From: a virus
Length of the DNA stretch: 64,000 bases
Virus record (IMG/VR): IMGVR_UViG_3300033064_001806
Location: 32,001-96,000 of that record
Strand: one strand, 5' to 3'
Position 1 is the stretch's first letter, and the number at the start of each line of letters is the position of its first letter. Positions 11,401 through 19,887 of the stretch are shown here, piece after piece. Made by a program: the position numbers and the translations under genes. The notes under the pieces are model-generated. The model searched no databases. It had not been told where the DNA came from and worked only from the letters and a program-made list of their open reading frames with translations.

Positions 11401-13115
11401 CAACTTACAGTAACTTACGTAAGGCAGATGTTGGATCAGTTGATTCACGTTCACGTAAATACAATGACTTTAGACACGATATATATGATAGTGAAGTTCC
11501 ACCAACTACTCCATCTGGTTCAAGCCCAGCAGCAGGTCAATTACAAATAAAACAATTTATAATGTCTGACCCTAAGTTTGTACGCTACCATAAACAAAAT
11601 TTAGAAAATTTCTATGGTCTTGGTGCACACGGAGAACCAGGCAGTCAGAGAAATTTACCATTTGTATCAAATATACATTATATGAAAGATAAGAAAACCG
11701 GTGCTTCTGTACCAGTTTTGAAGAAAGGTAGACAATTCCGTGGTGATAGAATTAATATTATAGATTATAAACAAGTAAAGAGTGCGATTAATAAGAATTT
11801 AGTATATGAAAAAGATTTAGATGGATTAAAAGGTGCTGAAGACTTAGTAGAATTTTACTTTACTAGCTTAAAGATTGGTGCAGGTGGTGTTAACAAACCC
11901 GCTGAAGCAATAGTATTTAGAGCAACTTTTGATAACATTCAAGACACACATAGTCCAAAATGGAATGCCGTAAAATATATGGGTAGAGGAGATCCACTCT
12001 ATACTTATGATGGTTATGAAAGAAGTATTTCGTTTGGATTTACTGTGCACATTGGTTCTCGTGATGAAATGAAAGCATCATGGAGAAAGTTAAATTATCT
12101 TGCTTCATGGACAGCACCAGATTACACAACAGCTGGTTTAATTCGTGGTCCAGTTATTCGTTTGAATATTGGTCACTTATATCGTAAAATGCCAGGGTTT
12201 ATAAGTTCATTATCATATACATTTGATAATGTTGGTAGTACATGGGAAACATCAAAATTACCAGAAGATAGATCACAAACGGTAAAAACTGCTGATAATG
12301 ACGCAACACCTAACGTATTACTTTCTTCACCTGGCGTACTACAATTACCAAAAAATATTCAGGTATCTGTTGGATTTACTCCGTTTGGTGTGTATCGTCC
12401 AGAATACAATGGTGTCATGTACTCATTGTATGATGATGGAAATACAGGTGATGGTATTGAATCTGGTCTAATGCCAAGTTCTGATACTAAGGTAAACTAC
12501 TTCAGAGCAATTGATACTAAGGATGATGGTACACGTGCAAGTATAACCGATGCTGATAATACAGCGCTGTTCTCATCACCTAAGCCAGATGGTAACGAAG
12601 CCAAATTGGTTGATGTACAACCTAAGCTAAGCGAAAATACTAATGATGATGCTCCATCTACTGCAGGCGATGATTTTCTAGGACTAGTTGACGGTGCAAG
12701 AGTCACACAAACTGAAAAAGATGTACCAAAAGATGATGCAACAAAAGTCGATGGTAATGCACCGGCTGGTACTGGTATTTTATTATCAACCGATAATGGT
12801 GCAGTTAAGCAAGGTGCTAATTCTCTAGATCCTGGAAAATTAACTGGCCTTGGTGGATTTGGTGGAAGTACAGAAACTCAACAATCTAATAACTATATAG
12901 CGATTCCTAAGACTGGAGGTAACATACCTGCATATATACCAGCAATAGAAACTGAAGTTGTGACAGGCGCTGAATTTGATGCTGCATTTACTCCGGCACC
13001 AATAGCATCTGAGCAGGTAGGAACACCTACTAACTTTACTGAAACAACTGGTAAAACAGATAAACCTAAGAGTAAAAAAAATGCGAAGGTGATAAATAAA
13101 AAGAAAAAGCCATAG
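5478..13115 (+). CDS. Giant virion protein: 20-aa and 44-aa repeat arrays plus a C-terminal tail-tube-initiator/gpU-like baseplate domain
   Basis: FRA...D...W....Y.GR....YTY.GYER.ISFGF...W.KLNYLAS region near 11900-12400 resembles tube-initiator domains. Position between TMP and the LysM gene. Confidence 0.65.
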   Translation: MMSLIDLQSDLSKFRSTSVKQAKTTSASSKAKDGKNFANVTPVSDKMESMSPNINPLEQSNLEGMMSSTKLDDIKKFNTKPLSGLLGKTKLDDIKKFNTKPLSGLLGKTKLDDIKKFNTKPIEDLLGKSNLDDNKAFKTTPIESRLEGTKLDDVNPFTTTPIEKRFETSKLDDIVKKVFQEGLVNAVSKYSNINIDSELTPLAKLSSGTIASKFAQIREENFESKLNKSEINPRIIGIGQNNLQSNIQPKQTTLTFNRKDSTPEIPINSSDPSDNITDPKVEINRIPLSLDRNSQSVDITSRGVVLPNDDVVDPKVIINTKPLFNDLKPQSVIINKDLFSPLNNILNPDIAFERSILSMDKTIESPELFTDLPVDGFITIPDTKIFKTDLRTKLVKDISDYNVDGIPAKYAPISKLMEMTPSQIVDTIRYDLESVQLEDNSKYNLDKAIKTIPFGRNEDPSKSKYSAVDTQEVNFFPDSMASGFTARQQLGDSKFNGDSTYGWVGKSGAAPSVNYMSDENAKGFKTFVEKNKTAFVINSSGFGFVKIPEVNYFDENKLYTKEGFKAFTSQLESAYIDNSSKYGWEGKSGAAPEVNYFDITETNTTAGFTKFVQLYDSKYIPDSSVFNWEGAAPAVNYFDITNTHTADGFKTLSQPFISSYIPDSSQFDWDGTRDQSPEVNYFDLLGRYTTTGFTKFAQNYDSKYIQDASQFDWDGSKEQAPVVNYFDLTSTYTNDGFTSFSNLYDSKYIQDSSQFDWNGNKENVPTVNYFDLTNAHTNIGFHSFAAKLDSKYIKESSQFDWNGARDKAPAVDYFDLTKRNTTSGFTTFHILHDSKYVKESSIFDWDGVRSQAPAINYLDLLKQYTTEGFNTFTQFQITKYIPDSSQFDWNGTRSDAPAVDYFDLTKKNTTVGFHAFSRKYESKYVPESSEFDWDGTKQKAPAVDYFDLTKKFTTVGFHTFARKLETKYIPESSEFDWDGQKQKAPAVNYFDLNKRNTTIGFHTFAQQYDTKYIPESSVFDWNGNRGKAPAVNYFDKSNIATSKGFHILSQQQEPTSYQTSGNQLKGGASIFDWDGSRTAAPEVNYFDTGNQRTTKGFHKFAKQLEPTKYQIAGTTLKDDASEFDWNGTRAKSPEVDYFDLTKRFTKKGFHRLAEVREETKYKTEASEFTFKGSRPKKGVNYFDATAKNAAGFTQKPESLQTEYKHESSNFGFTGKLPSPIDFFDNKDSDGFVLNAEPLQSKFKEDTSRFTFLGKRSNAPAIDYIENKNAPGFNSFPPLLESKYDLDSTQFGWKGVRISAPSVDFLDNAASSGFTTFAQTYQSFYTEDFGTYNWKGPRSDAPNVSWFGITPKRKMQLPDLDSATRSVMTDQGFKTFFENKENTNLASSYSTLSTENGLNKSLVNNIPMTNFFGYTPSTRNGFMIKMTSTNDTMYPIVSPMMRYDLQLQQRTPIQISRGELQGGLIKDRELYAPNTFGKKIFGNGRLSSLQNQVPDSKVDTDSSYYGRTYEENIRNFTEKKGYVAKWAIKQNSPSPLDLQYSKFNLRADSYNPDFLGSADQPFVMRDIGQRWGFGVNFDEGLVRGGAVTMADRILNDVIRIGKFLITGKGLLFLAKQVGLQLMNPNVDERPVNGIIDSLASATSFGMSPTQIFNPLALIANVGGAPIGLRLPRHSLLGALDSSMLNRYGDTAIKREFLEDGTPAGSNFKELEVPESDGDQTDYSRLIGLMKELLPNSFKPNVAGLTFDHEHAKIYRISSGFGGPGAPLGIGGTKIRRATHPYLTYYTTNAFLVEAVPPTPPATTTAASAVPTSPAAAAASAGAALGLGTTSNPQYQKTALRNQFYNLGDKNGDVNPGGSYSAELFNQYNTSEKSAFGMIKGLINLLPNGPGNTVSAGGGTASTGSVGTSGSAASIPISLHSETINRIKGLNTFTPKTKTFSSIIKPETYANALNNQDVPLHKSSPTESDPLKKYLTSTYSNLRKADVGSVDSRSRKYNDFRHDIYDSEVPPTTPSGSSPAAGQLQIKQFIMSDPKFVRYHKQNLENFYGLGAHGEPGSQRNLPFVSNIHYMKDKKTGASVPVLKKGRQFRGDRINIIDYKQVKSAINKNLVYEKDLDGLKGAEDLVEFYFTSLKIGAGGVNKPAEAIVFRATFDNIQDTHSPKWNAVKYMGRGDPLYTYDGYERSISFGFTVHIGSRDEMKASWRKLNYLASWTAPDYTTAGLIRGPVIRLNIGHLYRKMPGFISSLSYTFDNVGSTWETSKLPEDRSQTVKTADNDATPNVLLSSPGVLQLPKNIQVSVGFTPFGVYRPEYNGVMYSLYDDGNTGDGIESGLMPSSDTKVNYFRAIDTKDDGTRASITDADNTALFSSPKPDGNEAKLVDVQPKLSENTNDDAPSTAGDDFLGLVDGARVTQTEKDVPKDDATKVDGNAPAGTGILLSTDNGAVKQGANSLDPGKLTGLGGFGGSTETQQSNNYIAIPKTGGNIPAYIPAIETEVVTGAEFDAAFTPAPIASEQVGTPTNFTETTGKTDKPKSKKNAKVINKKKKP
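5681..6000 (+). repeat. 60-bp (20-aa) tandem repeats TKLDDIKKFNTKPLSGLLGK, about 5 units
   Basis: Near-identical units at 5681, 5741 and 5801; degenerate at 5861, 5921 and 5981. Confidence 0.9.
6880..9720 (+). repeat. About 21 copies of a ~44-aa repeat (PxVNYFD...GFxxF...SKY...SSxFDWxG)
   Basis: 132-nt periodicity in the core (anchors near 7638, 7770, 7902), degenerating at both ends. Confidence 0.9.
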
Positions 13116-13198
13116 AAAAAATATGGATTGACGGTAAAAAAAGAAAGGGTAATAATTATATATAGTATATTCTATAATCAATATTATTAGAGAGTTTT

Positions 13199-13534
13199 AT
13201 GGCAAAACGCTATGAACGCGCATACATAGTTAGTAACGCAAAGAAAATTGAATCGGACGGTAATGAAAAATATATTAGACGATTATCCAGTATATTTTAT
13301 CCGAACTTTTCTAAAGCAGAAGATGTTCAAATTCTTTCACAGGAAGGTGATAGGTTAGATATTCTTGCACAAGAATACTATAATGATCCAGCACTTTGGT
13401 TTGTTATAGCTAAAGTTAATAATTTGGGAAAAGGAAGTTTGAATGTTCCAGGTGGAATGATATTACGAATACCATACTATCAGGAAGATACTGGTATACT
13501 TTCATTATTGGATAATTATAATACTTGGAGGTAA
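13199..13534 (+). CDS. LysM-like baseplate protein (P2 gpX / T4 gp53-like)
   Basis: GDRLDILAQEYYNDPALWFVIAKVN...G..LRIP motif. Confidence 0.85.
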   Translation: MAKRYERAYIVSNAKKIESDGNEKYIRRLSSIFYPNFSKAEDVQILSQEGDRLDILAQEYYNDPALWFVIAKVNNLGKGSLNVPGGMILRIPYYQEDTGILSLLDNYNTWR

Positions 13535-13537
13535 ACA

Positions 13538-15550
13538 ATGCCTACATGGTCTTCTGGTTATGAAAATCCATTTTATCATGCATCACTTGGTTATGTAAGA
13601 GGTGAACTTAATTCAAGGGCGATCAATGCAGGTGCTAAAGTAAGAGCAGGAAAAACTAATAAAGCACTTGAATGGTCATATGGAAAAACAGCATACGGTC
13701 ACGTAACGGGTGGCGGTGTTACATTAGGGTTTCCTGGAACTAAAGTAATGTCTAATTCAAAAGGTGATTTAACATTATATAATTCACGTAATACGCCAAA
13801 GTTTCCATTATTGATGGGGATAGATGTTACAAATGATGGAGCTTTGGGTTCTTTGTTACGAGGTAAGTTTACCTTTACATATTTTCCACAGCTCGGTAGT
13901 AGTGGATTCAGCATGGCTGGAATTGATAAAGCGTTCTTCACTCCTGGAAAAGATGTTGTTCTTTCTTGGGGTTGGAGTTATGGTGGAGCTGGTTCAAGAC
14001 AATCGTTTACTGGAATAGTTAATAATTTTAATTGGTCGTTCAATGCGGATTTATCAATGACTGCTGACTGTTCTGTTGTATCTGCCGCAACTATTGCACT
14101 CGGTATGTCAGGTGATCAAAGTGTAAAGTCGGGTGATGGTGAGCCTCCAGTAGAAACAGTAGATCCAACTGAAGTTGCAATACCGGCAAGTAATTTATCT
14201 TCGGTTATTGATGCTGATTTAGGACTTGGTGATAAAGAACCAGACGCAGAGCCACCAGTAGATCCAAAAGATCCACCAATAGTAACAGATGCGGGTGGCG
14301 CTGGTATTCCTGTGTTTGAACCAAAGACGGCAGGTGAGGTATTTCCTTTACCAAAAGGTAATACTGTTAATAAATATTTAGATTATATTGGCATTGGGTG
14401 GCCATTTCAAGATAGTGAACCAGACGAAGAAGAAGTTGATGCAAAAGACCCACCAGATGACCCACCAATAGATGGTGAAGGTGCAGCGGTAAAACCATTT
14501 TGGTATATTACAGTTGCAACACTTGTGGATTTTACAAATATGTTGGTAGAAAAGTTTGAAGGTACAGGGAATGCTACTGCACTTGGCAGAATAATAGAAG
14601 TGAGTTGTAACAAGAATTACACACAAGGATATACAGATGGTTCTGTAAAATCGGCATACCCGATAGATGTTATTTTTCCCAACACCGCCATGGGTTCTTA
14701 TGGAGATTGCGTACCAGTATATGGTTTAGACGGTCTTTTCGGTACTGGTAATAAAATTTATATAGATGGTATTTTACTTGGAGTTGACTGGGTTAAAAAG
14801 GCGTATGATGAGTTTGTGGTAGACAACGCTGCAAATATACCATATAAGAATATTACAAAGTTTCTTGAAAGTGTATTAAAGCGAATAAATATTGCTTCTG
14901 GTGACATATACCAAATATCAGCAGTCTTATGTGAACCACCGAATAATTTTGATGGTGCTGTTAGTGGTGGTATATCAAAAACAATATTATCGATTGAGGA
15001 CGCAAATATTGGACAAGCTATTACAGAAGCGGTTGACAGTAAGGCAATCAAATTTGAAGCAACTATATTCAAGCCACTTATAAAATCTGTTAGTATATCA
15101 TCGAAACCACCTGCAGCAATGACTGCTGCTGCTTATACACAGGTTCGGGGTGGTAAGGCTGCCAATCTTGAAACACCAACTGGTGCGGATGGTGGTAGGA
15201 GTTCAGTACTTAATGAAATGAAAAAGGCAGAAGCAAATTTTACAAAAACTGGTTTTAATTTATCTTGGTGTGAGGCATATCGTGGTTTACAGAGCAAGAT
15301 GAAAAAATTAGGAAACGGAAAGGGTGATCATTGGATTAATCAAGCGCTGTATCCAGTTGACTTTACGGTAACTATTGATGGTATTAGTGGATTTAGATTT
15401 GGTGATGTTATAAAAACATCGTTAATTCCGTCAGCATACAGTAATGCAGGTTTAGTATTTGTTGTTACTAAAATAGATCATAAAATTACTGCAGGTGGTT
15501 GGGAAACTACATTATCAACTGCTGCCAGACTTACCGGTAAATTAGGATAA
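13538..15550 (+). CDS. Baseplate hub protein (gp27/gpD-like)
   Basis: L.WGW..., G.V.NF.W, and C-terminal TIDGISGFRFGD...F.VTKI.H.I...GWETTL motifs. Position after the LysM gene. Confidence 0.7.
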   Translation: MPTWSSGYENPFYHASLGYVRGELNSRAINAGAKVRAGKTNKALEWSYGKTAYGHVTGGGVTLGFPGTKVMSNSKGDLTLYNSRNTPKFPLLMGIDVTNDGALGSLLRGKFTFTYFPQLGSSGFSMAGIDKAFFTPGKDVVLSWGWSYGGAGSRQSFTGIVNNFNWSFNADLSMTADCSVVSAATIALGMSGDQSVKSGDGEPPVETVDPTEVAIPASNLSSVIDADLGLGDKEPDAEPPVDPKDPPIVTDAGGAGIPVFEPKTAGEVFPLPKGNTVNKYLDYIGIGWPFQDSEPDEEEVDAKDPPDDPPIDGEGAAVKPFWYITVATLVDFTNMLVEKFEGTGNATALGRIIEVSCNKNYTQGYTDGSVKSAYPIDVIFPNTAMGSYGDCVPVYGLDGLFGTGNKIYIDGILLGVDWVKKAYDEFVVDNAANIPYKNITKFLESVLKRINIASGDIYQISAVLCEPPNNFDGAVSGGISKTILSIEDANIGQAITEAVDSKAIKFEATIFKPLIKSVSISSKPPAAMTAAAYTQVRGGKAANLETPTGADGGRSSVLNEMKKAEANFTKTGFNLSWCEAYRGLQSKMKKLGNGKGDHWINQALYPVDFTVTIDGISGFRFGDVIKTSLIPSAYSNAGLVFVVTKIDHKITAGGWETTLSTAARLTGKLG

Positions 15551-15558
15551 GGAATACT

Positions 15559-16251
15559 ATGGCAAAAAGAAGAAAAATATATTATCCCGATGAACAGATA
15601 GAGAAAAATCTCTTTACTGCCGGTAGGGAATATATGCTTTTAGATAATTGGCAAGAATATTCTGGATATTATCATAGGTACGCAGGTAAGGAAGTATTTA
15701 CTGAAAAGGAATGGGATCCTAACAAATCAAACAGATTAATCCGCTTCAAAGAAGGAACAAATACATATTTCAAATATTTGGATTTGAAACAATTTACTGT
15801 ATTATCAAACGGTGATAAAAGAAAGATAATTGGGGAAACTACTCAATTTTACAGATACCGTGCACCAAGAGTTGTTGTAGTAAAACCAACTTCTGAAAAC
15901 TTGAAGAAAGGGAAGATACTAAGATATTTCGTTTATAAAAGAAATGAACCAGAACGTGTATTTTTTGAAATAGATGCAAATCAAGTAAAAAATTACTCTT
16001 CACTTAATAAAGGAATAAATCATATATTATATGGATTAGTTAACATTACTTGGAAAGTAGATGGACCAGAATACGATATTTATAGTGGTTCTATTTTAAT
16101 GAAGCCTGGTGTACACGATACAAATAAAAGAATTGTATTGAGGAATTCAAAAAAATACCCTATGTTAGCGAAAGTAGTAACTAACTTTAGAAAATATTCT
16201 AAATATGATACTGGCTTATCACAAAGTACCGGTTGTATTAATTGTAAATAA
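15559..16251 (+). CDS. Conserved phage protein, probably baseplate/structural
   Basis: 230-aa ORF closing the tail module; Y.G.YH and RYF motifs. Confidence 0.45.
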   Translation: MAKRRKIYYPDEQIEKNLFTAGREYMLLDNWQEYSGYYHRYAGKEVFTEKEWDPNKSNRLIRFKEGTNTYFKYLDLKQFTVLSNGDKRKIIGETTQFYRYRAPRVVVVKPTSENLKKGKILRYFVYKRNEPERVFFEIDANQVKNYSSLNKGINHILYGLVNITWKVDGPEYDIYSGSILMKPGVHDTNKRIVLRNSKKYPMLAKVVTNFRKYSKYDTGLSQSTGCINCK

Positions 16252-16257
16252 AATTTT

Positions 16258-17478
16258 ATGTTTCAAGATAAATCGTGCGTTTGTGTTCCATTACTTTCAA
16301 ATTGGAACAAACATTCTTCTGATACCGCAGTAATTGGTCTGTACTTTCGATTCACCGATGGTACAGATAGGTATATTAACTTTACACATCCAGATGAACT
16401 AGATTCCGATATTCAATTAACTCAGATTAAGTTATCCTCAACTTCTCTTGTGTTTAACAAGAAGGCAATGCTTTATCATGGGTTCAATGAAGGTATTGAT
16501 TTGAATTCATACTTACATTATTACGCTGGTGATAGTATTAATCCAAGAGAATTTTATCCAAAGGGGATGGAAGTTTTATCCACTAAGTTCTTTAGAATAG
16601 AAGATTTAGGTCATGTTATACCGTTGGCGAATCAATTGGAGTGGGCAAAGAAGATTGGGGAATATGTTTTGGGGTTTGAACAGTTTAGAAGTGAAATGAC
16701 AATAACTGAACAATGTATTGATTATTGCAATGACTTTACTAATGTTTTTTATGAAATAGAAAAGAATGAAATTCTTGTTGGTGATGAACGTAAAAAGCAA
16801 AACTATATGTGGTATACCGCAACAAGTAGACCGAGCAATGCGTGGAATAACTTTAACTTTTCTGCATTGAATAAAAAAGACGGTACACGGAATAAAATTC
16901 ACTCAAGATTTGAAGGTGGGAAAATAGTTCAGTTTGATTATGACGCTTTCCATATTAAGTTATTAGCAAAGATTTTAGATTATAAATTCGATTACCACCC
17001 ATATGAACAAATAAAAGCAGAATTAGGAATGAATGGTGAGTATGACGCATTCAAAACAAGAGTGTTTCAAAACATCTATGGTAGAATAACACCAGACTTT
17101 ATTCAACATCCATTCTTCCAACGTGTACAAGTGGTTATAGATCAGTTGTGGGAAGGGTATGAAAAGGATGGTTATGTTGATTCTCACTTCTATGGCAAAC
17201 TATTCAGAGGTATTCAAGATCCAACACCGAATAAAGTATTTAATTATATACTTCAATCGTTAGAAACTGAATATAATGTGAAAAAGATTAAAACTGTTTT
17301 ACCTGTTATTAACGATAAAAAGTCCATTTTCTCTATGTATTTGTACGATGCGTTCGTGTTTGATATACATCCAGACGAAGAAAACCTAATAAATCTATTA
17401 AAAAATATTTTTGAAACTGATGGAATGACAGTAAAAGTTTATGCTGGTGATGACTTTGGTGCTATTAAAAGAATTTAA
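16258..17478 (+). CDS. Divergent minimal family A DNA polymerase-like protein
   Basis: TATSRPSN (T.TGR.S), motif A FDYDAFH, motif B K...F...YG, motif C YLYDAFVFD; only 406 aa. Confidence 0.7.
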   Translation: MFQDKSCVCVPLLSNWNKHSSDTAVIGLYFRFTDGTDRYINFTHPDELDSDIQLTQIKLSSTSLVFNKKAMLYHGFNEGIDLNSYLHYYAGDSINPREFYPKGMEVLSTKFFRIEDLGHVIPLANQLEWAKKIGEYVLGFEQFRSEMTITEQCIDYCNDFTNVFYEIEKNEILVGDERKKQNYMWYTATSRPSNAWNNFNFSALNKKDGTRNKIHSRFEGGKIVQFDYDAFHIKLLAKILDYKFDYHPYEQIKAELGMNGEYDAFKTRVFQNIYGRITPDFIQHPFFQRVQVVIDQLWEGYEKDGYVDSHFYGKLFRGIQDPTPNKVFNYILQSLETEYNVKKIKTVLPVINDKKSIFSMYLYDAFVFDIHPDEENLINLLKNIFETDGMTVKVYAGDDFGAIKRI

Positions 17479-17526
17479 TTTGATATTTATGTAAGTACAA
17501 TTTATGTAAAAATTGAGAGAGAATTA

Positions 17527-17916
17527 TTGAAAACGCAGTTGGTATGTACTTTTGCTAAAAAATATCAAATAGAAAGAACGCTGGATAATATAAAAGAAAA
17601 TTTTAATGTATTAAACAACAAAGTTTTCTTATTCCGTTCTTTTGATGTTAAAGATGAATGCATCCTTTCTTATAATATTATAATGGATACATATAAAAAG
17701 TTTTTACCCAATTCAATCATGGTTCATCAGAAGAAAGAAACAAATACGATATATACGATAAACGCTTTAAACGAACTGATTATGAACTTGAATAATGGTG
17801 TATTGGATAAAACGTATCCTATTGAATGGGAAAGATATAGAAATTGTGCTTTATTGAAAAATAAAGACGGTTTCAAGGTTGTTAAAATAATACTAGTTAA
17901 TATATATAATTTATAA
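17527..17916 (+). CDS. Conserved hypothetical phage protein
   Basis: 129-aa ORF with a TTG start; H.KKETNTIYTINALN motif; ATATTTAT upstream. Confidence 0.6.
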   Translation: MKTQLVCTFAKKYQIERTLDNIKENFNVLNNKVFLFRSFDVKDECILSYNIIMDTYKKFLPNSIMVHQKKETNTIYTINALNELIMNLNNGVLDKTYPIEWERYRNCALLKNKDGFKVVKIILVNIYNL

Positions 17917-17964
17917 ACAATTATATTTATAGTATATGTATTACATTATATATTAGAAGAAAAT

Positions 17965-18282
17965 ATGAAAAAAGAAGAACTTGTAGAAGTAATTACACAG
18001 AGAGTACTTGAAACACTCAGCGAACGAATTTCATTATTGGAATCGAGTGGATTTGATATTATATTCAGTTCTCTTAGAAAAGAGTTGAATAAAATAACTA
18101 TACTTCCAGATAATGTAATTGACGCAAGCCAGTATAAAGAACACGAATTAGTCGATGCTTTGAAGAAAATTGGTTATGAGTATAAAAAACCAATGGGTAA
18201 TAAACTACATTTTTTTAATAAAAAAACAAGTATAAGTCTTTATCTAATTCAGAAAACTTTGAAAATAACACTTATGCCATAA
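17965..18282 (+). CDS. Hypothetical protein, putative internal head protein
   Basis: ORF with L/V-x-E-rich N-terminus; ATATTTAT upstream. Confidence 0.5.
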   Translation: MKKEELVEVITQRVLETLSERISLLESSGFDIIFSSLRKELNKITILPDNVIDASQYKEHELVDALKKIGYEYKKPMGNKLHFFNKKTSISLYLIQKTLKITLMP

Positions 18283-18292
18283 GAGACATTAA

Positions 18293-19162
18293 ATGAAAAA
18301 AACACAGACTAAAAAAGTACGTATTATTAAAGAAGATGTTTCTTCTGCAAATATAAGCCCCATAAGTTACATGGTGTTTATAGATATTTCTAGTTATCTA
18401 TCCAAAGGTCGTGGTTTATTAAATTCTATGTTTTCAAGTAAAGCAACTGAATCTATTACAAAATGGTTTGGTAGAGTAAAAGAAGACGAAACTTATAAGG
18501 AAAATGAAGAGGCATTCAAAGCCATTTCTTCAAGATTTATGGGCAATCCTATTTTGAAAAAACTTTATAGTTCAATAGACAAACTTAAAACCATTTCAAC
18601 TGGCGAAACAGATCAAAGTGAAAGAGATAAAGATATTGAAAACTTATTGGGTAAAATAAGTTTATTTATTAAAAATAGACTTACAAAAAAAGACAGGGAA
18701 CTTATTGGTAAAATTTCAACTGTAGTTAATTCGATTGGTAATAATATTTCTTCTACCATAAAATCAGACTTAGAAGTAATGACAAAAGCAGAAGCACCTG
18801 CACCAATCCAGTCAAAATCTAATGAAGAAAAACCAAAAGTAGAAGGAAAAGTAAATGAAAGACTAAAAAATAAGTTGCGTAAGAAAATCAAAGAAATAAT
18901 TAGAACTCAGATGCTAACCCCAAAATTAACTAAAGAAACTCCATTGTATGACATTGCAGCCCTTATTAGGAAAGATTGGAAGAATGTTTATCTCGGTGCT
19001 AAACCTTATCTTGATGCAATGAGTAAGCTCACTAATATATCAGATAGACATGGTGCAGATGATGCTAAAACTATTGTTCTTTATTTTCTTTCTAATGCTT
19101 CTGCATGGAGAGGAGATACAGCAAAGGCAGTAAAGGCTCATCTTAAATCATTAGTCAAGTAA
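18293..19162 (+). CDS. Hypothetical protein with an appended C-terminal phage domain (IRKDW..VY.GAKPYL.AM...YFLSNA..WRG)
   Basis: 289-aa ORF; IIKE leader; C-terminal ~75 aa look like a stand-alone phage protein family. Confidence 0.55.
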   Translation: MKKTQTKKVRIIKEDVSSANISPISYMVFIDISSYLSKGRGLLNSMFSSKATESITKWFGRVKEDETYKENEEAFKAISSRFMGNPILKKLYSSIDKLKTISTGETDQSERDKDIENLLGKISLFIKNRLTKKDRELIGKISTVVNSIGNNISSTIKSDLEVMTKAEAPAPIQSKSNEEKPKVEGKVNERLKNKLRKKIKEIIRTQMLTPKLTKETPLYDIAALIRKDWKNVYLGAKPYLDAMSKLTNISDRHGADDAKTIVLYFLSNASAWRGDTAKAVKAHLKSLVK

Positions 19163-19251
19163 ATATTATTTTACATAACATTATTAAATTAAAGTAAATT
19201 GAGAGTGGGTATAATGAAAAAGCAAAAAGACTTAGTGAAAAAAAACAATAA

Positions 19252-19887
19252 ATGTACGTGATAAAGTTAATAGATATATTAAAAGAAATGGGGATTGATA
19301 AAGGTGCGTTCCATGGATTTGGAATGAAACCACAAGATATGCGTGTTGATAGTTGCAATGTGGAATGGACAAGTCCAGACCAAGATACTGGTTGCCCTGC
19401 GTTTTCTGATTCAACTAAAATTACAGAAGAAGATATTACCAAGGCAATCGAATATCTAAATACGGAAAAACTAAAAACATTAATAGCATATTCAAGGGGT
19501 GGTGCAATATTATTACAAGCGTTATCTATGGGTGCTAAGAAACCATCAACAGTTTATTTAGTGGCTCCTGCTTGGAATAGACAATGGCCTACTGTGAGTT
19601 TAACTGGTTCTGAAGTAAACGGAAGTGGTGCAATAATTCATGGTGGTAGTGATAATGTAGTTCCATTAAAACATTCTGTAATATTAGCAAAGGCAAGTGG
19701 TATGCCATTATATGTGTTCCTTGGAATGAATCATGTTAGCATATTAAAAAACAAAGATAATCCAACTTCTGGAATACTATTGAAAAATTTAGAAAATGCT
19801 ATGGAGGTTTTGCCAGATTGGGGTGCAAGTGGAAAAGCAACGGAAGAAGAGTTAAAAATGCAAGAAGAGTTTATAAATAATATTTGA
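19252..19887 (+). CDS. Alpha/beta hydrolase-fold protein
   Basis: FHGFG oxyanion motif, AYSRGG nucleophile elbow, IHGGSDNVVP, C-terminal His (MNH). Confidence 0.8.
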   Translation: MYVIKLIDILKEMGIDKGAFHGFGMKPQDMRVDSCNVEWTSPDQDTGCPAFSDSTKITEEDITKAIEYLNTEKLKTLIAYSRGGAILLQALSMGAKKPSTVYLVAPAWNRQWPTVSLTGSEVNGSGAIIHGGSDNVVPLKHSVILAKASGMPLYVFLGMNHVSILKNKDNPTSGILLKNLENAMEVLPDWGASGKATEEELKMQEEFINNI

